Source: Mobula birostris (taxonomy: Eukaryota). From it: a DNA stretch of 64,000 bases. The position numbers were made by a program, and so were the translations under genes. The notes under the pieces were generated by a model. It was not told the origin of the DNA, did not search any database, and saw nothing but the letters and a program-made list of their open reading frames with translations. The DNA lies in assembly GCF_030028105.1 (NCBI RefSeq), contig NC_092389.1, positions 56,917,241 to 56,981,240 of the forward strand, given 5' to 3'. This document shows, in pieces, positions 1 to 11,039 of this stretch (within the stretch, counting starts at the first letter, position 1; the number at the start of each line of letters is the position of its first letter).

Positions 1-1397
1 AAACTTCTGACGATGAATCTTGTAGTGAGGATACGGGAAACATTTTATTCTGATGACTCTTCCATGAAGGTCATATTTGTGCTGGTGTCACTGCACAGTA
101 GAACGGTGCATCACCCCTCCAAAGTCTGCAAAATCTTCCTGAAGGTCTTTTGCATTCAAACGGGGGGTTTGATTTGCCTTTCTAGCAATCCTACGAGCAG
201 TTCTCTCGGAAAGTTTCATTGGTCTTGCAGACCTCAGCTTGACCTCCACTGTTCCTGTTAGCTGCATTTCTTAGTTACATTATGATCTCCGAAATGATAT
301 CGTATTTGTAAGTAGCTACCATGCACAATCCTGATTTGATGGAGACAGACGTGAGAAGCACGGAGGAACATCTGGAGAAACTTCTGAAATGCCCACTTCG
401 CTGCCGCTGCTACTGTGTGATCGAGAATCACCGGAGGGGAAGGTCCCAAATCCTCGGCTTTGCCTCTTGCTTGTTACCGGGGCCAGGGTCGAAGCGCTTG
501 GCGGAGATGGTGCTCGGTGTCAGAGGGCTGGTCGGAGGCTAGAAGTTTTCGGACGGGCTCAAGTCGGCTGTGGTCGGGTGCTTCTAGGATGCTGAATCGG
601 CAAGTTTGCGGCGCTGGAAGCTCATGGCAGGGAGAGTTTTTCTTTCTTCTACCGTCTGCGTGAGATGATGGGACTTTCGAAAGACTTTGAGACTTCTTAA
701 CCGTGCCATGGTCTGTTCTTTATCAAATTACAGTATTGCTTTGCACTGTTGTAACTATATGTTATAATTATGTGTTTTTTGTCAGTTGTTCAGTCTTGGT
801 TTGTCTTGTGTTTCTGTGATATCACACCGGAGGAACATTGTATCATTTCTGAATGCGTGCATTACTATATGACAATAAAAGAGGACTGCGTGTCCTCATA
901 ATCTAATCTAATCTAATCTATCGAACTGTGGAAACGGCTACCTGAAAACGCTTTGCTATCTTTTTTTAGCCTTCCCCTGCTTTGTGGGCACCAACTATTT
1001 TAATTTTCAGGGTGCTAGACAGCTGCTTAGAGGAGCCCATGGCTGCTGATTGTTGGGACAAGGTTTGAGGATTCAGGGTATTTATAAACCTTTGAAATTT
1101 GCATAACCTAGCCTATCCTACCGATGATCATGGACAAGCCATAGCCCTAACAAGCTGCTGAGACCTTGGTAAAAGTTAAATGAGAGCTCAAATCTTTGCA
1201 TGGTGCTCCTTTCCAGTTTTTTCACTCTAAAATTGTACAAAACATAAATAATACACTAATCTTGCTTAAAATGTTGAAAATAATGTTTCATCTTTAATTC
1301 TATGACTGTTGGAGATCAATTCAGATTCTACTCACTGAACTATTCAGAGTCGCAGAAATTTTGACCAGGGGTGCCCAGACATTTACATGCGACTGCA
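1..1397 (-). mobile_element. Tc1/mariner DNA transposon (left end plus N-terminal transposase, defective), interrupted by an insertion at ~284-920
   Basis: Segments 1-283 and 921-1397 are reverse-complement homologues of the Tc1 copy at 48293-49600 (transposase N-terminus). The terminal repeat 'aattttgaccaggggtgcccagacatttacatgcgactg' lies at ~1357-1396. The element runs off the window start. Confidence 0.85.
284..920 (+). mobile_element. Non-coding ~650-bp non-autonomous retroposon (SINE-like) with an (aatct)n tail, nested in the Tc1
   Basis: Ends in 'gacaataaaagaggactgcgtgtcctcata(atcta)4' and splits the Tc1 transposase. Colinear along its length with the copy at 59066-59750 (-). Confidence 0.75.
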
Positions 1398-1830
1398 GAT
1401 GAGGTCCTGGTGAGAGCGGACATGGAGCACTGTGCACAGGTCTGGTCTCCCTCCCCGAGTCAGCCTTCAGGATGAAGGGAATGAAGAGAAGGTTTCCCAG
1501 ATTGGCTGATGGGGTGGGGGTGGTTGTGTCCTCGCAGAGATTATACAGGCTGGGACTCTCTCAAAATTAGAGAAGTAACAGGTGGTCTGACTGAGACAGA
1601 CACAGGCTCACAGGACAGAGATGAGAAGAAATTTCCTCACCCAGAGTGCTGTGAATCTGTGGCATTTTCTCCACAATGTTTCTAAATTCAAAAGGCAAAT
1701 TTAGGGCTACAGCGGTGACGGAAACACTGTGGGGAAGTGGCGCTGAGGTCAAAGATCAGGCATGTTTTGAACGAAGGGCAGAAAAGGCGTGAGGGGCCGA
1801 ATGGCCACACCCATTCATGTTTAGCTTCTA
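1398..1830 (+). mobile_element. Degenerate CR1-clade LINE 3' fragment
   Basis: Decayed RT C-terminal DNA ('cactgtgcacaggtctggtctcc', 'cagagtgctgtgaatctgtggcatttt') and a CR1-type 3' end ('gggccgaatggcc'). Confidence 0.65.
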
Positions 1831-1882
1831 AAGCACAGGTTTACCTTTGCACTTTTTTCACAATCGACCCTTTGGGTTGAGA

Positions 1883-2010
1883 CAGTCCTGATGAAGGATC
1901 CCGGCCTGGAATGTCGATTGTACATTTCTGTCCACAGATGCTGTCTGACCCGCTGAATTTCTCCAATATCACGTTTCTTACTCGAGATTCCAGCATCTGC
2001 AGTCTCTTGT
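1883..2010 (+). mobile_element. Penelope-derived 3' module with a degenerate hammerhead ribozyme
   Basis: cagtc-CTGATGA-a-ggatcccggcct-GGAA-tgtc-gattg (GAAA core mutated), followed by the family tail 'agatgctgtctgacccgctga...ttccagcatctgcagt'. Confidence 0.7.
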
Positions 2011-2059
2011 GCCTCCCTTTTCAGAGCTTGTCCCTTTCAGTCCCGCCTCACACTGATCC

Positions 2060-2362
2060 AGGCTCTTCTCTCCGGCTTCATCTCTGTCCTGCTTCTTCTT
2101 TAGCCCATCGTGCCTACTGGGACACAGGCCCCGACCAGCAGCTCACCACAGTCCCCTGTCCAGGGCGAAGGCTGATCGGCCCTGTGGCTTCTCCTTTCAC
2201 CACAATCGTCTTCCCAGGGAAGGTCCTTCCGATCTCAGGGATGAAGCCTGTGAGATTCAGTTGACGTTTCTGTCTCATTGGGTTTTTACGGCATGGGGTT
2301 ACTCGCCCCATTCCCGACCCTCATCCTTTTGCAGCCGGGCTTGGGCAGTCCATTGCCAAGTT
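2060..2362 (-). mobile_element. RTE-clade-derived short element
   Basis: Minus strand reads 'cccaagcccgg...gagggtcgggaatggggcgagtaaccccatgccgtaaaaac', a motif I recognise from RTE-type 5' regions. Left boundary is approximate. Confidence 0.55.
2313..2362 (-). ncRNA. Decayed twister (P1-type) ribozyme motif, 3' cleavage-product portion
   Basis: Minus strand AAC-TTGGC-AATG-GACTGCCCAAGCCCGG-CTGCAAAAGGATGAGGG-TCGGGA resembles the twister layout (U)AAC-ACUGCC-AAUG-CCGGUCCCAAGCCCGG-...-GAGGG. Several substitutions; the 5' P1 strand is absent. Confidence 0.55.
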
Positions 2363-2559
2363 TTCATTTCTGTTCAGACCTGCTTAATCTGTTTCTGATC
2401 CCTCCCTGATATAGATACCACAATTCCTTCCCACAGACAGCGACATCACTTTAATTCCCTGAGACTGCAGCGCGTGTAGTGGACAATCGCGGTACTGCAG
2501 GGGATCAGCAGCTCCCCGAAAGTGAAAGCATTCTGAATCAGGAAGTGCTGCGAGTTAAC

Positions 2560-2970
2560 ATGGCTTCGAAAGGACCGGCCGAGAGCTGGACCGAAGAGGT
2601 AATTTGTCCCGTCTGTCTGGATTTCTTCACCGATCCGGTTATACTGGAGTGTGGGCACAACTTCTGTCGCTCTTGTATCACACGGTGTTGGGAAAGGGAG
2701 GAGAGAAACTCCTGCGCGGAATGTAGGGAGGTGTTTGCTGACCGCACCCTCAGGGTAAATCGGGCCTTAGCAAATCTGGCTGAAGAAGCTCGAAATATAA
2801 ACCTAAATCGGAAAGGGAAGGAAAGTAAACTTCACTGCGAGGAACATGAGGAAGAACTGAAGCTGTTTTGTGAGACGGACAAGACACTGATCTGTCTGAT
2901 CTGTGCAGCTGCGCAGAAACACTGAAAGCACCACTTCATGCCGATTAAAGAAGCTGTTAAAATCTACAAG
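2560..2970 (+). CDS. TRIM coding exon 1: C3HC4 RING + B-box2 (premature TGA at 2923-2925)
   Basis: MASKGPAESWTEEVICPVCLDFFTDPVILECGHNFCRSCITRCW..CAEC; CEEHEEELKLFCETDKTLICLIC..H*KHHFMPIKEAVKIYK|gtaaaa. Upstream acceptor 'ttccttcccacag' ends at 2436. Confidence 0.9.
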
Positions 2971-2994
2971 GTAAAACTAACCTGAATTTGATTT

Positions 2995-3462
2995 TCACCC
3001 CATCCTCCCTTGTCCTGTCCAACTCTCCGCTCTTTGTGGGGATCTCTCTCGATGTCACTCGCTTATCCACTCGCTCCTCGCCACTGATCTACCTCCTGGC
3101 ATTGACACCTGCAAGCAGGACAAGTGCTACACCCGACTCCCTCGTCACCATTCAGGGTTCAAACAGCCCCAGTTCCTCCCGTTTCTTCCATGGTCGATTG
3201 TCCTTTCATATCAGAATCCTTCTTCAGCTCTTTTCCTCTTCCACCTGTCCCCTCTCAGCTTCTCACTTCATTACCTCCCCCACATTCCCCCTCACGTCTC
3301 ACCCGTCACCTGTCAGCTGGTTCTCACCCCCAAGCTTTTTATTCTGGCTTCTGCCCCATTCCTTCCCAGTCCTAATGAAGGGTCTCATCCCGAAACGTCG
3401 ACTGTTTATTTCCCCTGCATAGATGCTGCCTGACTCACTGAGTTCCTCCGGCATTTTGTGCG
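2995..3462 (+). mobile_element. Penelope-like element remnant in a TRIM intron, ending in a hammerhead module
   Basis: 3030-3165 is homologous to the Penelope linker at ~63490-63640. A pyrimidine-rich tract, the hammerhead motif and the tail 'tagatgctgcctgactcactgagttcctccggcattttgtg' follow. Confidence 0.75.
3367..3404 (+). ncRNA. Type I hammerhead ribozyme, predicted inactive (CUGA>CUAA)
   Basis: cagtc-CTAATGA-a-gggtctcatccc-GAAA-cGTC-gactg. Stem I is perfect; core G5 is changed to A. Confidence 0.7.
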
Positions 3463-3537
3463 ATAATCGGGTTTGATCACCTGTTTCTTATGATCCATCT
3501 TTTTTTGTTACTTTTTCCTTCTCTCTCTGACTTCCAG

Positions 3538-3633
3538 GATCAGCTTAAATCTTCCTTAGACTCTCTCACAAAAAAGAAATCAGACTTCCGGGAAAAGGAG
3601 CAGCAACAGAAAGAGAAGATTTCCGGAGTTCGG
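3538..3633 (+). CDS. TRIM coding exon 2 (coiled coil, 96 bp)
   Basis: cttccag|DQLKSSLDSLTKKKSDFREKEQQQKEKISGVR|gtgagg; phase 0/0. Confidence 0.9.
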
Positions 3634-3689
3634 GTGAGGCTTCCTGAGCGGAATTTCTGATATTAATCGATAGTTTTGCTCCCTTTAAT

Positions 3690-3995
3690 GCGGAATAGCA
3701 GAGTATCGCAGCTCCAGTGACCTGGGTTCGATCCTGACCTCTGGTGCTGTCTGTCTGGAGTTTGCATGTTCTCCCTGTGACCACGACAGTTTCAGACACA
3801 TCCCAAGGACATACTGGAAAAATGGTTAATTGCAATTAACCCCGTGAAGGTGGGGGAGGGTGTATGTGAATCAGCTGGGAGTTAATGGGTCAATGAGCGG
3901 GAATAGGTTTCAGGAAAACTTGAGGGAATGGGGTTGACGGGAATGCTCTCAGAACTAGCATGGATTTCAAAGGACCGAATGGTCACCCTACTGTC
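3690..3995 (+). mobile_element. tRNA-derived SINE (V-SINE/HE1-like) with CR1-type tail
   Basis: B-box 'ggttcgatcc', V-domain-like 'ctgtctggagtttgcatgttctccctgtgacc', and 3' 'ggaccgaatggtc' resembling CR1/HER1 ends. Confidence 0.7.
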
Positions 3996-4051
3996 ATAAG
4001 CAAATACAACACAGCAATACGGTACATTGATCTTCACCTTTCATTCGACAG

Positions 4052-4285
4052 GAACAGTCCAACAGCATTCAGACCCACATTACATCCCAGTTTGCTGAAC
4101 TGCGCCAGATTATCACTGAGAAAGAGCAGAGCTTACTCAGGAATCTCAGGATGGATGAGGCGAGGATTCTAAATCCAATGGAGAAAAATCTTCAAGAGAT
4201 ACAAAAGAATATTAGGATTCTTCAGGAGGAAATCTCAAAGATAAAGGAACAGATGGATCGAAAAGACAGTGTGATATTTCTCAAG
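4052..4285 (+). CDS. TRIM coding exon 3 (coiled coil, 234 bp)
   Basis: gacag|EQSNSIQTHITSQFAELRQIITEKEQSLLRNLRMDEARILNPMEKNLQEIQKNIRILQEEISKIKEQMDRKDSVIFLK|gtgagg. Confidence 0.9.
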
Positions 4286-5496
4286 GTGAGGGATTATATT
4301 TCAATTTATTTCTGTCAAAGGACACTAAATGAACAGTGGAATATTTGAAGTAAACAGTGGCCATTTCTAACAAATCAGTTGCCGCTGCTGGCGACCTCGC
4401 ACAGTTTGTTATACTTGTACGTTACACCTTCCAATCACTCCAATAATCATGTTCCAAAATGTCGAAGATAGGTATTCGATCCTTCAATAGCAACATACAA
4501 TCTTGAAGCGATGAAACTTAAGTGTAATTAATCGTAAATTAAGCTGCAATGAATTGGTCAACAAAAGGTATGCCATCCATCTGTCCACAGCTCAAAACAG
4601 CCCAGAACAAAGTACTAATACCTCACCTTTTCCTTTTACCACACCCCACTCACGTGACTAGTTGCCATAATAACCATGTAACTCAGAATACAATGCAGAG
4701 AGAAAACAGATGTGTTGCTCCTACACACAACATTTACAAACGGCAGTAAACTGTCTCACCAGACAATTGATACAACTATTCAGTGCTGATATTGTCCCAA
4801 AACCGGACTTCCACAACTTCTGTACATCACAGGACAGAATCCAATCTTCTCTGAAATGATTTACTCTGATTATAATGCAGAGCTGCTGATTGTGTCTTTG
4901 ATTATCACATTAAATATTCTCTAAATCTCACATTGACACACAGTTCCAGTCACAGACTGTGAATGTGTCTGGTGCGGTGGGTGTGAGGGTCTCTCTGTCA
5001 ATCACTGAGAGCAAAGAATGTGACCCACACATCAGATTTATCCGCTATATCCGGTTTCCGCCAGATTACGGAAACATTCACCGACTCTACATCTTCAGAT
5101 AAATTTCACATGGGATTACATCCCATTCTCCATCATAAACAAGCCATTCGGTCCATATTCTGCTATCAATTTCACTGCTTCACAAGCCTCTTCCCACCTA
5201 TCCACCACACCCAGCGACAGTGCTCTGATCTCCACGGTCCCTCATCTGTTTATCTAGTTTACCCGTGACATTCAATCTCTGCTGTTCCGCTTCAACCACT
5301 CCTGTGCCAGTGAGTTCCACATCCTCTTCACTAAATTTCTTATCGGATTCATTATCAAATCCATCACTGATTTGAGTTCGCCCATCTCATCATTCTAACG
5401 CTTCATCCAGATGAAAATGCATGACGTGTCCTGTCTTCCTTGCAAGTTTCATCCTCTCAGTAATGGCCCAGCTTTCAGAGAAATACCCTGTAATTT

Positions 5497-6128
5497 AACC
5501 CCTGGTTCTGCATTGTCTGTGTGTGTGAGTGAGTGACTGCAGGAGTGGGAATTTTCAACCCCTGGTTCTGTATTGTCTGTGTGTGTGAGTGACTGCAGGA
5601 GTGGGAATTTTCAACCCCTGGTTCTGTATTGTCTGTGTGTGTGAGTGACTGCAGGAGTGGGAATTTTCAACTCCTGGTTCTGTACTGTCTGTGTGTGTGA
5701 ATGACTGCAGGAGTGGGAATTTTCAACCCCTGGTTCTGTATTGTGTCTGTGTGTGTGAGTGACTGCAGGAGTGGGAATTTTCAACCCCTGGTTCTGTACT
5801 GTCTGTGTGTGTGAATGACTGCAGGAGTGGGAATTTTCAACACCTGGTTCTGTATTGTCTGTGTGTGTGAATGACTGCAGGAGTGGGAATTTTCAACCCC
5901 TGGTTCTGTATTGTCTGTCTGTGTGAGTGACTGCAGGAGTGGGAATTTTCAACCCCTGGTTCTGTATTGTCTGTGTGTGTGTGTGAGTGGCTGCAGGAGT
6001 GGGAATTTTCAACCCCTGGTTCTGTATTGTCTGTGTGTGTGAGTGACTGCAGGAGTGGGAATTTTCAACCCCTGGTTCTGTATTGTCTGTGTGTGTGAAT
6101 GACTGCAGGAGTGGGAATTTTCAACACC
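5497..6128. repeat. Intronic minisatellite, ~11 copies of a 56-60 bp unit with an internal (TG)n
   Basis: Unit 'aacccctggttctgtattgtctgtgtgtgtgagtgactgcaggagtgggaattttc' repeated head-to-tail with no spacers. Confidence 0.95.
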
Positions 6129-6201
6129 TTGTAATGGTTTGGATGAAATTCAGGATGTCGAGAGTCTCAGTCTATTCAGATTTGTGTTTTATTTCTTTCA
6201 G

Positions 6202-6224
6202 GAGGAAGCTCGTCAGAACAGGAG
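6202..6224 (+). CDS. TRIM coding exon 4 (23-bp micro-exon; donor mutated)
   Basis: tttctttcag|GAG GAA GCT CGT CAG AAC AGG AG|gaagga. Phase 2 joins exon 5 to give AGG (Arg). Confidence 0.75.
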
Positions 6225-6311
6225 GAAGGACATGCTCTTTACTGAAACCCTGTATGGATTTGTAAAATAGTTTAGAATAGCAGTTTATCACCATCAGTTT
6301 ACTATTTACAG

Positions 6312-6430
6312 GATTAATGATGATGTCCCGGAATTGTCAGTGACAGATGAGGCCCTACCGGTGGAAAAATTTGATCACCTCTATTTGCTGAACACAATGC
6401 TGAGAGAAACACTTGATGCCATTAATCGAG
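6312..6430 (+). CDS. TRIM coding exon 5 (119-bp linker)
   Basis: tttacag|G-INDDVPELSVTDEALPVEKFDHLYLLNTMLRETLDAINR-G|gtaaaa. Confidence 0.85.
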
Positions 6431-8569
6431 GTAAAACTCACAAAGATTCATTTCTACTTGTTTGTGAGATCACAATTAAGTTCAATTTTGAGGCAAAGAT
6501 TGCTGTAATATTGGGTTGAAGTGGAACTGAAGTCTATTCCACATCAACCCCACCGACGGGGGGGGGGCGTCACTGTCACATGGTCAGCTGGAGATGTCAG
6601 ACCCCTGAAGACACCAGCACAGGGCCACAATACAACCAATACACGAGACAGGCAGATGAACCACTGTGTCCCGATCCCAGGCCACTGCACTAACACACCT
6701 AGACATGAGTTTGAATCCTACCACAGGAGCTGAGAAATTAATACTGGCTTGATGATATTGCAGGGAATAAAAGTGGGCTGTGGTCACCGGGCTTGTCAGA
6801 AAAATGCACAAGTCCTTTGTGCGCTGTGAGTGCAGACTCTGATTGACGCAGGTCTTTCCCCTTCTGGATCTGCAACTCTCACTGTTGTTCGAGGGAAAAG
6901 AGGGGAGCGGTAGTGATTGGGGACTCAGTCGGGGAACAGACAGGAGAATCTGTGGATGTGAGTGGGACACCCGAATGGTATGTTGCCTCCTAGGTGCCAG
7001 AATCAGGGATGCTTCGGATCGTGCCTGCAGCATTTTAGAGAGTGAGGGAAAACAGCTGGATATATCGGTATATTTCGGGACCAATGACATTGGAAGTAAA
7101 AACAAAGAGGTCCTGAAAATAGAATTTGGAGAGCTTGGTGGAAAGCTCAGAAGCAGTACCTTCAGGTTTATAATTTCTGGACTGCTGCCTGTGCGACGTG
7201 CTGGTGAGGGTAGGAGCAGGATAATTTGGCAGATTAAAGCATGCCTGAGAAGCTGGTGCAGGGGGCAGGGCTTCAGGTTTTTGGATCATTGGGATCTTTT
7301 CTGGTGGAGAAATGACCTGCTCAAAAGGGATGGGTTGCACCTGGACCCGAGGGAGAACAATATTCTCACAGGGAGGTTTGATAGAGCTGTTGGGGAGGGT
7401 TTAAACTAATTTGTTGGGGGGGGGGGTGGTTAGGAACGAGTGAAGGGGTAGGATTGATGGTAAAAATGCAAAGATAGTGTGCAGTCAGACTGTCAGATGG
7501 GGCAGCCAGATACGAGGACAAAACTGCAGCCAGCTGGGTGAGTATCAGTGCATTAGGGATGCAGAATGAAAAAGGATAGGAAATACAGTACCCAAAGTGT
7601 TATATCTCAATGCATGGAGTGTGAGAAATAAGGTGGATGATCTTGTTGCTCGATTACAGATTGTCAGGTATGATGTTGTTGCCAATCATGGCTGAAGGAT
7701 GGTTGTAGTTGGGAGATGAATGTCCAAGGTTACACATTGTATGGGTGGTATAGGAAGGTAGGCAGAGGGGGTGAAATGGCTCTCCTGGTAAATCAATAGA
7801 AAGATGTAACATAGGATTGGAAGATGTTGATTCCTTGTGGGTTGAGTGAAGGAAATTCAGAAGTGAAAATGACACTGATGACAGTCATATACAGGATCCC
7901 AACAGTAGCTGGATGTGGACCACAGATTACAACTGGAAATAGAGAAGGCCAATGAAACAGACAATGTTACAATAGTCATGGGAGAATTCAACAAGCAGGT
8001 CAATTGGGAAAATTAGATTGATAATGGATCTCAAGAGAGTGAATTTGTTGAATGCCATGTGATAACTTTTTAGTGCAGTTTATCATTGAGCCAACTCGGG
8101 GAACAGCTCTACTGGATTGGATGTTATGTATTGAACCAGAGGTGATATCTTAGGAAAAAAACCTGAGGAGGCCGTGCTCACAACATGACTGAGTTCAACT
8201 TGAGATTTGATAAGGAAAAAGTAAAGTCTGACGTTGTAGTATTCCAGAGGAGTAAAAGAAATTACAGTGGTCTGACAGAGGAGCCGGCCAAAGTAAATTG
8301 GGGGGAGATGTTGTCCAGAATGACAGCAGAGCACAAATGATATCAGATTCTGGGAAAATGAGGAAGGTGAAGGATAGATATATTCCAAAAGTAAATAAAT
8401 ACTCAAATGACAAAATAGTACAATCGTGGCTGATAATGCTGATGTAAATGCAAAAGAGTGGGCATACAACAAAGTGAAAATTAATAGGAAGACAGAGAAT
8501 TGGGAGGCTTTTAAATACCTACTGAGAGGAACTGAAAAAAATGATTGGGAGGGGAAAAATGAAATATGG

Positions 8570-8888
8570 AATTGAATTGAATTGACTTTATTACTTACAT
8601 CCTTTCTATAAACGAGCAGGAAAAATCTTCCGTCTAAATGTGCAGTTTATAGTAATTTATGAAAAATAATATGTATAACATTCCAGTCAATATAACATAG
8701 AAATACAGTTGTCTCAGCACGAGTTAATCAGTCTGATAGCCTGGTGGAAGAAGCTGTCTCCGGACCCTGTTGGTTCTGGCTTTTATGCTGCGGAACCAGT
8801 TCCTGTATGGTAGCGACTGGTACAGTTTGTTGTTGGGGTGACTTGGGTCTCCAATGATCCTTCAGGCCCTTTTTACACACCTGTCTTT
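8570..8888 (-). mobile_element. Rex1/Babar LINE 3' fragment nested in CR1
   Basis: (aattg)n tail plus 'ctttatt', and decayed Rex1 RT C-terminal DNA ('gcctggtggaagaagctgtc'). Confidence 0.65.
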
Positions 8889-8915
8889 ATAAAACAAGTA
8901 AGCAAACAATATCAA

Positions 8916-8960
8916 GCAACACACATCAAAGTTGCTGGCGAACGCAGCAGGTCAAACAAA
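8916..8960 (-). mobile_element. 45-bp 3' stub of the Penelope/hammerhead family flanked by a 13-bp TSD
   Basis: Minus strand 'tgacctgctgcgttcgccagcaactttgatgtgtgttgc' matches the family tail. 'caaacaatatcaa' is duplicated at 8903-8915 and 8961-8973. Confidence 0.7.
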
Positions 8961-11039
8961 CAAACAATATCAAATTGATTTTCAAGTATTGTGAAAAAAT
9001 AAAATAGAGATGAGAGTGGATATAGGACCACTAGAAAATGAGGCTGGATATATAATAACAGGGGACAAAGAGATGATAGATGAACTAAATGAGTATTTTC
9101 ATCAGTCTTCACTGTGGAAGACACTGGCACTGTGCCAGGTGCTGAAGGGTGCGAGGGAAGAGAAGTGAGTGCAGTTACTGTTAGAAAGGAGAAGGTGCTC
9201 AAAGAGCTGAAAGGCCTAAAGGTACATAAGTCACTCAGACCAGATGAACTGCACCCTAGTGTTCTGAAAGAGGTAACGGTAGACATTGTGGAGGCATTTG
9301 AAATGATCTTTCAAAAATCATTGGACTCTGGTGTGGTGTCAGAGGACTGGAAATTACAAATGTCACCCAACTCTTAGTCATGAGGAAGGCAGCAGAAATG
9401 AAGTTATAGACCAGCTAGCCTCACCTCTGTGGGTGGGAAGACATTAGTGTCAATTGTTAAGTATGAGGTTATGGAATACTTGGTGATACTGGACAAGATA
9501 GGACGCGTTGGCATATAATAAGATTGGTGAAGGGGCCAGTAGTGTTGAGGAAACAGGTAGGCTTCAAAGGACTTGGATGAGGAGACTGGGCAAGAAAGTG
9601 GCAAATGATACACGATGCTGGGAAATTCATGGTCATGCACTTTGGTAGGAGACATAATATGCAGATTATTTAAAATGGGGAGACAATTCAAAAATCTGAG
9701 ATGCAGATGGATGTGGGAGTGTTTCTACAGAACACCCTGAAGGTTAACTTGCAGGTAGAGTCAGTTGTGAGGAAGGTAAATGCAATGTTAGCATTCAGTT
9801 CCAGGAGTTTAGTATACAGGAGCAGGGATGTGATGCTGAGGGTTTATAAGGCAATGGTGAGGCCTCACCTTGAGCATTGTGAACAGTTTTGGGCTCCTCA
9901 TCTGAGAAAAGATGTGCTGGCATCGTAGAGGGTTCAGAGGAGGTTCACAAGGATGATTCTGGGAATGAAAGGGTTATCAGACTTGAAACGTTTGATAGCT
10001 CTGTGCCTGTACTCACTGGAATTTAGAAAGATGATGGGGGATCTCACTGAAACCTTTTGAATGTCGGAAGGCCAAGACAGAATAGATGTGGGAAGGATGT
10101 TTCCCATGGTGGGGGAGTCTGGGACAAGAGGGCACAGCCTCAAGATACAGGGGCGTCTTATTTAAAAACAGAGACGCAGAGAAATTTCTTTAGCCAGAGG
10201 GTGGTGAATTTGCAGAACTTGTTACCACAGGCAGCCGTGGAGGCCAGGTCGTTGGGCATATTTAAGGCTGAGCTTGACAGGTTCTAGATTGCACACAGTA
10301 TCAGAGGTTGTGGCGAGAAGGCCGGGGAGTGGGGCTGAGGAGGAGATGAAAAGGATCAGCCATGATTGAATGGTGGAGCAGTCACAGTGGGCCAAATGGC
10401 CAAATTCTGCTCCTATAATTTATGAGCTTATGGTTATCAGACCACAACATTGAAGCATTGTGGGAACGAGCCCGGACAACCCAGCCAGCATTGACATTGT
10501 TCAGGATTTCATCTCAGGAGAAGCACACACAGCATAACCAGACTGGCAAAACAGCCCGACACACACATACACAGGAAGGATTGGCAGATTGTAGTCAGAG
10601 ACGCAGCAATGTACGTTGATATTTCCTTCAGTAACCTAGAAACTATTCTCTTCAGACACGGTAATTTATTTGCTTAAACAACTCACACATGTCACACATT
10701 GTCAGCACACACCAGACATGTGATGACACACTGTAACATAGAAATACTTCAATGTGCACAAACACACTGATATTTACCACAATCAACACACACACATACA
10801 CACACAATATCTGAGTGTGGCACATGGCCAAAGAAATAGGCCCACGTTCTGACTTAGGAATGAAATCTGCCGTCCTTACCCAGTCTGTTCTGTGCATTGA
10901 GCTGCCCTCTGACGTGATGTCACATCAACAGTTCACAGACAGACTCCAGGGTGAGATTCCTCAGGAGGATGATCTGGGAGGGTTTGACGGATATTGAACC
11001 CACGGCCCACTTCATCCATCTGCAGACTGAGATGTCTTC

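Larger units (their letters stand above)
6850..10430 (+). mobile_element. Long degenerate CR1-clade LINE (ORF1 SGNH esterase, broken ORF2 APE/RT, 3' UTR)
   Basis: ORF 6843-7409 carries CR1 ORF1 esterase motifs (CCLLGARI, GTND, DGLHL). Downstream are fragments such as RPDELHPSVLKE and VRPHLEHCEQFWAP, then a CR1 3' end. Confidence 0.9.

Noticed and set aside
2923-2925. TGA as selenocysteine or programmed readthrough
   Set aside because: The position corresponds to a basic residue rather than Cys, no SECIS was recognised in the short 3' UTR, and a second lesion exists at the exon-4 donor.
5497-6128. Regular repeat array resembling a CRISPR
   Set aside because: Units are head-to-tail with no unique spacers, there are no cas genes, and the context is a vertebrate intron.
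6843-7409. 188-aa SGNH hydrolase ORF as a host or domesticated gene
   Set aside because: It is the esterase domain of CR1 ORF1, directly followed by decayed ORF2, and lacks an ATG start and an intact GDS block.
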